From: Candidatus Obscuribacterales bacterium
GTDB taxonomy: Bacteria > Cyanobacteriota > Vampirovibrionia > Obscuribacterales > Obscuribacteraceae
Direction of reading: 5' to 3'
Length of the DNA stretch: 64,000 bases
NCBI GenBank assembly: GCA_965228855.1
Contig: CBDDIJ010000003.1
Location: 1,472,001 to 1,536,000 of the forward strand
Shown: one piece after another, positions 54,920-62,505 of the stretch
Layout of the letters: every line of letters begins with the position of its first letter
Position numbering within the stretch: position 1 is the first letter of the stretch
The notes under the pieces: model-generated
The model's database searches: none
The model's input: only the letters and a program-made list of their open reading frames with translations
What the model was told of the DNA's origin: nothing
Translations under genes and position numbers: made by a program

Positions 54920-55864
54920 ATGAATAAACCGAAAACTCTGGTATCAGCGAAAGCCGCTCGCCCGGCACGCAAGACTCAAAAGGAAGTTTATGCTGGTAAA
55001 TCTTCGCCTCGTGATGCTGCCTATCCAATTATTGGAGCCCACACCAATGGTGGTATCACCGGCTCAGTCGCCAAAGCCTTAGAAATTGGCGCACAGTCCA
55101 TGCAAATCTTTATCGGCTCGCCGCAAACGTGGAAACCTCCACAGCCGGCGCCCGCTGATATTAAGAAGTTTCGAGAAGATGTCGCTCGCGAAAATCTGGG
55201 ACCAGTGTTTGTGCACGGAAATTATCTCGTAAATCTGGCGACGTTGTCCCTGGAGAATTTGCAAAAATCCGTTTTGAACCTGCACACGGCACTTCGTCTC
55301 TCTGATGCTATCGGCGCCGAAGGATTGATTTTTCACCCGGGCTCCGCCGGCAGTGCCAAGCGGTCTGAGGCCATTGACAGAGTGCTCGCAGCCATGACAG
55401 TTGTGCTTAAAGATTACGATGGTCAATGTCGGCTTCTAATGGAGGTTTGCGCGGGACAGGGACAAACCATCGGCGATGATTTTGGAGAGCTTGGAACAAT
55501 CATAGAGGAATTGAACTACGATAAACGCGTCGGTGTGGCGTGGGACACATGCCATTTGTACAACGCCGGTTTCGACGTTGCGACAGAGAAGGGGCTGGCA
55601 AAAACAGTTTCAGAATTCGATAAACTTGTCGGCTTCGAGTGGTTGTTTGCGGTACACGCAAACGATTCGAAGAATCCGCTGGGCTCGCGCAAGGACCGGC
55701 ATGAAAACATTGGTCAAGGCTACATCGGCGAAGAAGGCTTTCGTCGTATGTTGCATCATCCGGAATTGCGTTCGCTTCCATGGATGTTGGAAGTTCCCGG
55801 TTTTGATGAGAAAGGTCCCGATAGGAAAAATATTGAAATTTTGCATCGCTTGTCTGCGATCTAG
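54920..55864 (+). CDS. nfo: Endonuclease IV (AP endonuclease)
   Basis: IGAH, HGNYLVNL, FHPG, LMEVCAGQG, DTCHL, HANDSK...KDRHENIGQG and LEVP motifs. Confidence 0.95.
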   Translation: MNKPKTLVSAKAARPARKTQKEVYAGKSSPRDAAYPIIGAHTNGGITGSVAKALEIGAQSMQIFIGSPQTWKPPQPAPADIKKFREDVARENLGPVFVHGNYLVNLATLSLENLQKSVLNLHTALRLSDAIGAEGLIFHPGSAGSAKRSEAIDRVLAAMTVVLKDYDGQCRLLMEVCAGQGQTIGDDFGELGTIIEELNYDKRVGVAWDTCHLYNAGFDVATEKGLAKTVSEFDKLVGFEWLFAVHANDSKNPLGSRKDRHENIGQGYIGEEGFRRMLHHPELRSLPWMLEVPGFDEKGPDRKNIEILHRLSAI

Positions 55865-55932
55865 CAACTTGCGCCAGCGCAATTGATTGAAGGGACGCCC
55901 TAGCGAACGCAAGGCGGCAATCGCGCCCCAAC

Positions 55933-56055
55933 GCGTAAACCGATATCGGTTCAAAATTTCCCATTCGTAAATCGATATCGGAATACGATCTTTAGTTCGT
56001 ATTCCGATATCGAACTAAGATCTTCAATTATTAAAATCCGACATCGATTTACGAC
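55933..56055. repeat. Palindromic repeat array, four copies
   Basis: Cores at 55940, 55972, 56004 and 56038 (periods 32, 32, 34). Confidence 0.88.
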
Positions 56056-56107
56056 TTTCGGCGAGAGTGCCTGGGTGCGGCCCGCGTAAATTCGGATCCA
56101 CTTAATT

Positions 56108-56146
56108 CTGGTCAAAGCCGCAAGCGTAAACGTTGCGGCTTCACCA
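56108..56146. terminator. Hairpin between convergent nfo and sigma genes
   Basis: CTGGT..AAGCCGCAA / TTGCGGCTT..ACCAG stem. No clear U-tract. Confidence 0.5.
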
Positions 56147-56169
56147 GATCGAAGGAATCGGTCACAAAT

Positions 56170-57186
56170 TCAGTTGATAAACTCGCGTAGTGATGTCCAG
56201 CGCGGATCGTTTTTCAGCTTTTTCATCGCTTTCTTTTCGACCTGGCGAACGCGTTCACGGCTGACGTTGAGCTGCCGGCTGCAGTAGTCTAGAGATCGCT
56301 CTTCTCCATCCTTGAGACCAAAACGAAGCTCGAGAACGACTTGCTCCTGAGGTTTTAAATTTTCCAAAGCAAGTCGCAGGCCCTTTTGAAGAATCGCTAT
56401 CTCAGCTTTCTCCTCGGGTTTCGGTGCCTCTATGTCCTCAAGAAGGTTTATAAACGGGGTATCTTCCTCGTTTCCAAAACATTTATCTAGAGACAGTATC
56501 GTCTTGTCTGTATCGAGAATTAACGAAACCTGCTCTTCTGAGAGTCCAGCTTCTTTTGCTATTTCACCAGGTTCCGGTCGTCGTTCCAGCTGAAAGTACA
56601 GCTTCGAGATGGCACGGCGTACCTTCAATTTGCGCTCTTGCACGTGAACCGGAATCCGAATGGGCTGAGACTTGTCATGCAGGGCTCGTGTGATTACCTG
56701 CTTTATCCACCAGGTCGCGTAAGTGGAGAATTTATAACCGAGTTCCGGATCGAATTTTTCCGAAGCTTTTATTAGACCGATACTGCCCTCCTGAATCAAA
56801 TCTAGGAAAGGCAGTCCCTGACCGCGGTAACGTTTCGCTATGCTAACCACCAACCGTAGATTCGATTGGATTATTTTGCGTCGCGCACTTGCGTCTCCAG
56901 AGCGTGCGGCTCGGGACAGTTCGATCTCTTCTTTGCCTGATAGTAATCGATGGCGGCTAAGTTCGCGCATGTAAATCGCGGTCGGGTCCTCGTCTTTCGT
57001 GGGAGCATCGGCTTTGGCGATCGCATCTTCCTCACTATTTTCAGACAATGACTCGCTATCATCTTCATCGATCACGAATTGATCGACATCTTCGGATAGC
57101 TCGTCCGCATAAGTTAAAGAGTCTTTTTTATAGGTTTTGTTTTTCATCCACGATTGAACGGCGCCTGTAAGCGCCGCACCCTTCAT
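56170..57186 (-). CDS. RpoD-like (group 2 type) sigma-70 factor
   Basis: Region 1.2 [10 protein letters not shown], region 2 [12 protein letters not shown]...DLIQEG...[12 protein letters not shown] and region 4 [10 protein letters not shown]. No region 1.1. The start is uncertain (57147 or 57186). Confidence 0.92.
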   Translation of the reverse strand: MKGAALTGAVQSWMKNKTYKKDSLTYADELSEDVDQFVIDEDDSESLSENSEEDAIAKADAPTKDEDPTAIYMRELSRHRLLSGKEEIELSRAARSGDASARRKIIQSNLRLVVSIAKRYRGQGLPFLDLIQEGSIGLIKASEKFDPELGYKFSTYATWWIKQVITRALHDKSQPIRIPVHVQERKLKVRRAISKLYFQLERRPEPGEIAKEAGLSEEQVSLILDTDKTILSLDKCFGNEEDTPFINLLEDIEAPKPEEKAEIAILQKGLRLALENLKPQEQVVLELRFGLKDGEERSLDYCSRQLNVSRERVRQVEKKAMKKLKNDPRWTSLREFIN

Positions 57187-57449
57187 AAGCACCTTCTAAT
57201 TCAAGAGTAATAAAAAAAATCTGCTTATGGTTGGCGCGGACTAAGGTTTTACTGTATACGCAACACTTTTTAATCGACGATGAAAGTTTCGATTGAAAGG
57301 TCGGCTAATCGACCTGATCTAAGGAGCAACTATGAGCAACTATGACTGAAATGCAGTTCAAGGATCCGACTTCAAAGTATTCAGTGGCGTTGCAAGATAA
57401 CCTATACTATCGATGTTAAGCGGACAATTACCACCCTGGAGGGGCAAAA

Positions 57450-57665
57450 TTGAAAGGCTATATTGAAGTCACTTATCGCGGCTCCGAAGAAAAGCATCTT
57501 ATCAATCTGGCTTACGTTCGTTTATTTCGAGCACATATCAGTGGTCCAGGACAGCACGAGGCCGACCAGCCAGCTGTCATTCAATTTGCTGACGGCAAGG
57601 AACAGCAGCTTCTCGAGTCCTACGGCGACATTTTTGACCGAGTAAGAACAGCAACCATCGAGTAG
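57450..57665 (+). CDS. Small hypothetical protein, FlbD/SwrD-like pattern
   Basis: GGAGGGG RBS before a TTG start. Pattern IEVT...LINL...VIQFADGK...LESYGDI. Confidence 0.55.
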   Translation: MKGYIEVTYRGSEEKHLINLAYVRLFRAHISGPGQHEADQPAVIQFADGKEQQLLESYGDIFDRVRTATIE

Positions 57666-57761
57666 GTTGGCTTGCTTTGGCAATGCACAGTCACAGTGAG
57701 TGGCGCACTTTAATCTGATTAACGCGAAGGAAACGCAATCGACTGCCTGGATAATTGCTAA

Positions 57762-57832
57762 CGCCGAGGGGTGGAATTGAACCACCGTTCCGACGTTCAG
57801 AGCGTCGTGTCCTGCCGTTGAACGACCTCGGT
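57762..57832 (-). tRNA. tRNA-Gln(CUG), A1:C72 mismatch, CCA not encoded
   Basis: ACCGAGG TC GTTC AACGGCA GGAC A CGACG CT-CTG-AA CGTCG GAAC GGTGG TTCAATT CCACC CCTCGGC G. Confidence 0.9.
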
Positions 57833-57992
57833 ATGATACAAACTTGGTACTACAGATTTAGGACTTTTCCAGCACTTGTCGCAAGAGCCATTTGTCGAGC
57901 ATCATCCTTTTATATAGGTCTCAGTCCAATAAGTGCAGCCGCTTAAACACTTCAGAGCAATTTTCTGCGAGGCACACCACATAGTTAAGTAG

Positions 57993-58063
57993 TTCCGAGG
58001 GATGGGGTCGAACCACCGTACCGACATTCAAAGTGTCGTGTCCTGCCATTAGACGACCTCGGA
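57993..58063 (-). tRNA. tRNA-Gln(UUG), CCA not encoded
   Basis: TCCGAGG TC GTCT AATGGCA GGAC A CGACA CT-TTG-AA TGTCG GTAC GGTGG TTCGACC CCATC CCTCGGA A. Confidence 0.93.
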
Positions 58064-58067
58064 CCAA

Positions 58068-58141
58068 TACCCGAAAGTGGATTCGAACCACCAACCTCCT
58101 GTTTCTAAGACAGGCGTCTCTGCCAGTTGGACTACTCGGGC
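58068..58141 (-). tRNA. tRNA-Leu(UAG) with a short variable loop
   Basis: GCCCGAG TA GTC CAACTGGCAGA GAC G CCTGT CT-TAG-AA ACAGG AGGTT GGTGG TTCGAAT CCACT TTCGGGT A. Confidence 0.88.
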
Positions 58142-58195
58142 GAGTATTCAGTTGTTTTTTTTCAGCGCCACCTGCGTTTTGAGACCTCCGTTGTT

Positions 58196-58316
58196 TCGTA
58201 ATTCGATATCGGAGTACGTTTTAAATTTCGTCTTCCGATATCGGACTAAATTCAATGGATTCGTAATTCGATATCGGTTTACGCTGGCGAAGTTCGTATT
58301 CCGATATCGGATTAAG
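58196..58316. repeat. Palindromic repeat array, four copies, inside the tRNA cluster
   Basis: Cores at 58203, 58235, 58268 and 58301 (periods 32, 33, 33). Confidence 0.9.
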
Positions 58317-58424
58317 TTCTTAAATTTGCTCCACCGTAATCCATCATCAAATTTAAACCTGGGAGGAACACGGTCCGCGCGAGCGTTTCAGCGTTTTAAC
58401 AACCTCGCGCGAGCCGTTCCGATC

Positions 58425-58499
58425 TGGTCTGAGTGGGACGTGCTGCCCGTCCGGCCTCCCGCTTCCAAGGCGGGCGCTCTACTGTTGAGCTACACCCAG
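58425..58499 (-). tRNA. tRNA-Pro(UGG) with a non-canonical T-loop, CCA encoded
   Basis: CTGGGTG TA GCTC AACAGTA GAGC G CCCGC CT-TGG-AA GCGGG AGGCC GGACG GGCAGCA CGTCC CACTCAG A CCA. Confidence 0.85.
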
Positions 58500-58500
58500 T

Positions 58501-58576
58501 TGGGGGATTGGACGGGATTCGCACCCGCGTCTTTGGTCTCACAAACCAAGGTCCTAACTACTGGACGACCTATCCC
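58501..58576 (-). tRNA. tRNA-His(GUG), G-1:C73, CCA encoded
   Basis: G GGATAGG TC GTCC AGTAGTTA GGAC C TTGGT TT-GTG-AG ACCAA AGAC GCGGG TGCGAAT CCCGT CCAATCC C CCA. Confidence 0.9.
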
Positions 58577-58577
58577 A

Positions 58578-58653
58578 TGGCGGTGCTGAGGGGACTCGAA
58601 CCCCCGGTCTCTGCGCTGACAACGCATTACTCTAGCCGCTGAGTTACAGCACC
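58578..58653 (-). tRNA. tRNA-Asp(GUC), CCA encoded
   Basis: GGTGCTG TA ACTC AGCGGCTA GAGT A ATGCG TT-GTC-AG CGCAG AGACC GGGGG TTCGAGT CCCCT CAGCACC G CCA. Confidence 0.93.
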
Positions 58654-59117
58654 GTGTATTCAAATTTGTTTCCGCGATTTTTTTAGAAGCTTCAATCAAG
58701 AACACGGAAGTTTCGATATTCACCACACAGATACGCTGACGGTCACTGAAAGCCGTAGGGTGATTTAAATCGCTGAGCGCAGAATCGTTTGCCTTTGGCA
58801 GCAAAAAATCTGCCGAAGCGAAAATACAAAAATGCAGCGCTCTTAAAACGTTGAGGCAAAACTCATAGACTGCGCTATTCCAGCAGCCAGAACGAGTTTC
58901 GGTCGCTTTAGCGCTGCAGAAGTAATTTGTCTTTGAGTTGAACTTGATGAACATGATCGGAATCCGCTCCATTTGGAAAACTATCCAGCACGAGTTGCAG
59001 CCTTGTCGGCTGGCTATCGTTTTGATGCTGGAATGGGAGTCGGAACACGATGTTCACCTTGTTTATGAAACTCGTCAGAAACGAATGCGGACCGCTCAGA
59101 GCCGTCTGCATATTTCC

Positions 59118-59147
59118 AGTCTATACAGGGACCATGATTTTTGTCAA
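59118..59147 (-). promoter_or_regulatory. Candidate sigma70 promoter pointing at the tRNA cluster
   Basis: TTGACA (59147-59142), 18-nt spacer, TAGACT (59123-59118). Confidence 0.5.
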
Positions 59148-59602
59148 CAAGTATTTCCCCCAGTTGCTATTCGAAACCGGCTTGGCTAGCGATGATCAGA
59201 TCTAAGCTCTAAGATCTGGTTTTATATAGGAGATTTCCAGATAGATTACGAACTGATTCTACAAAATCGTTATGGTGTTATATCTAGTGGCAACGTTTTT
59301 AATATTTGTCGAAAAGTTTCAGTTTGTAGAACATAGCCAACACATTCTCCGAGAAGGTCTGGAACCAGCACTACCGGCGGTGCATTTTCGTTAAACATGA
59401 CCTTGCTGTGAAACGTTTTTATAGCCTTAATAAACAGATTTATGCTTGGCCCTTCTGCCAACTTATCGAAACACCCGTCGCCGATAGCCTTCGAAACTAA
59501 CCAGTCCACGGAATTTTGAAAGATACATTTACATTCGCACCATGAGGGTGAGTGCAGGTTCACCCAAAACGGTGATTACCGGATTCGGAACCGAAGTTTA
59601 GA

Positions 59603-60094
59603 ATGCAAATAAGGCAACTTCGCGTCGCAGCACTGGGAGCAGTGCTGGTGGTGCTTACAGGATATTATGGTGAACGAATGGCTAATGAACTCATCTATTC
59701 AGCTGACAAACAGCGATTGCTGGAGGAACTGAAGTCAGCATCAGTCAGCTCTACACGCCTTCCCGCGCTAGAGAACCCCGAGCATGTCGAAGCGCTTCAC
59801 GATCTGTTCGGACAGGTAGTTGGACTTCCAAAAGACGCCGAACCTGAAGTAAAACAGAAATCGCCACGAATGACCCACAACGAGTTAAAGGCGATGAAGG
59901 TGGTTTCGAGCAAAGTGCAGGACCCGAAGGTTAATGTAATCCAACGCGTCTCTCAATCTCTTATACAAGGCTGGTGCGCCGTTCGGAGTTTGTTCTCTTT
60001 TACACCGCGAAAGACCAACGCGCTCACGTGTGTTCAGAACGGCCATGAATGTTCGCATTGTGGAACCAAAATTCCATATGAAAACCGCAGATAA
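59603..60094 (+). CDS. Hypothetical protein with a C-terminal Cys/His zinc-ribbon-like motif
   Basis: Ends in CVQNGHECSHCGTKI. Has a hydrophobic N-terminus, although the true start may be the internal MANE. Confidence 0.6.
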   Translation: MQIRQLRVAALGAVLVVLTGYYGERMANELIYSADKQRLLEELKSASVSSTRLPALENPEHVEALHDLFGQVVGLPKDAEPEVKQKSPRMTHNELKAMKVVSSKVQDPKVNVIQRVSQSLIQGWCAVRSLFSFTPRKTNALTCVQNGHECSHCGTKIPYENRR

Positions 60095-60299
60095 CCTAGC
60101 CAGTCTTTGCAGGTCCGGGCAGTAGTCGTCGCACTCTGACTTGGCTGATGATCTTGACCGAACAAACACGAGTTTCCCCTTCGATCACTAATTCGAGTGA
60201 TGGAAAGAGATCGTGATGGAAAGAGATCGCGACTTGCTCAATAAAACAAATCCGGAACGCGCGCAGTAACGATCCGCGAAGTGTTTACTTCGTTGAAGC

Positions 60300-60779
60300 T
60301 TAGGCTTTAGCGGACAAAACTCTGCAATACGGTCCAACCAGGTCAGCAACTTCCAGAAGAAGTTTCTCGTCCTGCTCACTGAAATTTGCGGCATTGTCGC
60401 TGTCTACGTCGAACTGACCGACTACCTGATCTTGATAGCGGATTAGCACAACAATTTCAGATTTTGTGTTCGGAGCGCAAGCGATGTAGTTCTCGATCGT
60501 CGACACATCGTTGACGATCATATTCTTGTTCTCTTTTATAGCTGTGCCGCAAACGCCTTCGCCGACCTTGATTTTCTCATGCTCCGTTTCCGGCCCCTGG
60601 TACGGACCAAGAATCAGCTGATCACCTTGTAAGAAGTAGATTCCTACCCAGCTCCAATTCGGCATCGTATCGTGGAGAAGATCGCAGGTAGCCTGCAGTA
60701 TGACTTCCGGCGAGCCATTGAGGTCGAGGACCTGGTCAATTACGTTTTCATGAAGCTCGCTGATTCCATTGGAGGACAT
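60300..60779 (-). CDS. msrC: GAF-domain free methionine-R-sulfoxide reductase (fRMsr)
   Basis: WVGIYF, LILGPYQG, GEGVCGTA, NYIAC...KSEIVV and DVDS motifs. Confidence 0.85.
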   Translation of the reverse strand: MSSNGISELHENVIDQVLDLNGSPEVILQATCDLLHDTMPNWSWVGIYFLQGDQLILGPYQGPETEHEKIKVGEGVCGTAIKENKNMIVNDVSTIENYIACAPNTKSEIVVLIRYQDQVVGQFDVDSDNAANFSEQDEKLLLEVADLVGPYCRVLSAKA

Positions 60780-61256
60780 TGTTCGGTCAATCCTTCTGCC
60801 TGTGGCGGTGTTAACAAGTACAAACGATCATAAGCTTAGCACTATATTTTGGAATCAATGGGGGCAAGCCCTTTAATTGAGGTCAAAAGTAACAGCATGC
60901 TGGAAACGCTCACCCAGTGCCCTCTTGGTTTGTCCAAAATTGTGAAGACTCCTATTCAGAATAATTTGCTGCGCCACGGGCGGGCAGTTTTCGCAATGCC
61001 TACTTGTCAGGAAATGCGGATTGTTCCTTAGATATGGTTCTCAATGGATAGCAAAAGAAATTTCATTCGCTTGTTATTTTTTGTCGAAAGGAAACGAAAC
61101 AAAATCTTTTGGGCTCTTCTGTGAGCCGGTCTTATCGATTTTTCGCGAACTAAATCCGCGCATGTTGGCACCACGGGCGGTTGTATTTGAATAAGCGAGC
61201 TCAGTGCTGGCAATGGTTACGAGCGTCTTGCGAGAGACTTTCTGGAGTTTGCGATG

Positions 61257-61317
61257 TTCGTCAACCGATATCGGTTTGCGAAAACAGGATCGTCAACCGA
61301 TATCGGTTTACGATCTC
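61257..61317. repeat. Palindromic repeat array, two copies
   Basis: TCGTCAACCGATATCGGTTT(G/A)CGA with cores at 61265 and 61297 (period 32). Confidence 0.9.
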
Positions 61318-61444
61318 AGACCTTGGCTAATTAAGGCGCCTGAAAGGTCAAAGCTTCCAACACTTTCGCTTCGGTCGACCAAGTTGCGCGAGTACCTCTG
61401 AACTTACGTTATGATGTGAAGCTAAATGTGCTGCTGGAGGGGGC

Positions 61445-62377
61445 GTGGCTTTCTATTTTGCGCCAATTTCGAACGGTCTGGGAGATTTGATAGTATCCAT
61501 TCCGATTTTGCAGTCGCTTATATCGACAGGTAGCCCAACTTATCTGATTATGCGTTCGCCGGCACAATGGGGCTTATCCGATTCTCTTGAAGGATTGGCC
61601 GGCAGCATCCGCGAGGATGAATTCGAACCACTATCGCTAGGCTCGCAGGATAAATTCTTCAATTTTCGAGACCATCCGCTCCAATCCGATTTTATCTGGG
61701 GCTCTGGTGAGTTCGAGGAGCGATATCCTGGTTACAAGATCAATGACGTTTTGAAAGGTATTTGTGCCGATTGGGGCATAGAAGCGGACTTCGAGAACTT
61801 GAATCCGTTGCCTTTCAGAAAGCGAGCAGAGTGTTCTGATCGCGTTTTACTAATTCCAGGGTCTTCCGGCAGATTTAAGTGCTGGCCCGTAAAACATTGG
61901 CTCGATTTGAACGATAAATTACAGGACTCAGGTCTCAAAACACTTATCATTGGACAGCCGGACCGCTCCGATGTCGTAGGAACACTTGTGAAAGTCGGTT
62001 TAGATCATATTGAGACGCCAACTCTGAAGGATGCGTTGGATGTAGTTAGTAGTTCCCTGTGTGCTGTTTCTGTTGATACCGGTCTGATGCATCTGAGTGT
62101 TCATCAGGGAATCCCGATAGTCGCTCTGTTTCGTTACAATAATATGTTTATGCGTCCGTACTCAAAAACGCGGAACTTTATAGCTCCGATCTGCGCGCCG
62201 GAGTGTATCGAAGCTGAGTTCGAAGGGGCGCCAAATGAAAAATTGGAATATAAAGTTTGGGAACATTGGGCTCCAATGACTTGCGCTCTGCAAGATCCGG
62301 CATTGAGTTGTATGTCGAAGATCACTCCTGACGGAGTTTTCGAAGCCGTAACCGGCTTACTTGCCAATAAGGTTTAA
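61445..62377 (+). CDS. Glycosyltransferase family 9 (heptosyltransferase-like)
   Basis: GLGDLI, PGSS..KCWP..HW, VSVDTGLMHL and a C-terminal C...C...CMSKITP. Confidence 0.85.
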   Translation: MAFYFAPISNGLGDLIVSIPILQSLISTGSPTYLIMRSPAQWGLSDSLEGLAGSIREDEFEPLSLGSQDKFFNFRDHPLQSDFIWGSGEFEERYPGYKINDVLKGICADWGIEADFENLNPLPFRKRAECSDRVLLIPGSSGRFKCWPVKHWLDLNDKLQDSGLKTLIIGQPDRSDVVGTLVKVGLDHIETPTLKDALDVVSSSLCAVSVDTGLMHLSVHQGIPIVALFRYNNMFMRPYSKTRNFIAPICAPECIEAEFEGAPNEKLEYKVWEHWAPMTCALQDPALSCMSKITPDGVFEAVTGLLANKV

Positions 62378-62505
62378 GTTCAGCTTATCTAATCGCACGG
62401 GCGATTGAGTAATCAACTTATTTAGAAAAATCGCGAGCGAAGTTCTGGTAAGTTTATACAATTCTCTTAAGTGCTGCTCCGAGACTGCGAAAAGGCAAAT
62501 TGACG

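Noticed and set aside
53720..55028. ORF-track starts for the ligase (53809), exonuclease (55028) and nfo (54890)
   Set aside because: The ligase and exonuclease extensions overlap neighbouring genes, and the nfo extension runs through the shared promoter region. Better starts are 53719, 54860 and 54920.
57321..57420. AAGGAG followed by duplicated GAGCAACTAT, giving tiny ORFs (5 aa and 25 aa)
   Set aside because: Too short to support as genes from sequence alone.
55933..58316. Palindrome arrays as CRISPR arrays
   Set aside because: The period is only 32-35 bp with a unit of up to 28 bp, leaving linkers of a few bases. The repeats are degenerate and scattered over many loci, and no cas genes are present.
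57755..58972. ORFs 57755-57946, 58077-58589, 58433-58642 and 58490-58972
   Set aside because: They overlap tRNA genes and repeats, so they are spurious translations.
57762..60094. tRNA cluster as a prophage or integrative-element attachment site
   Set aside because: No integrase, phage genes or duplicated tRNA 3' end was found in the window.
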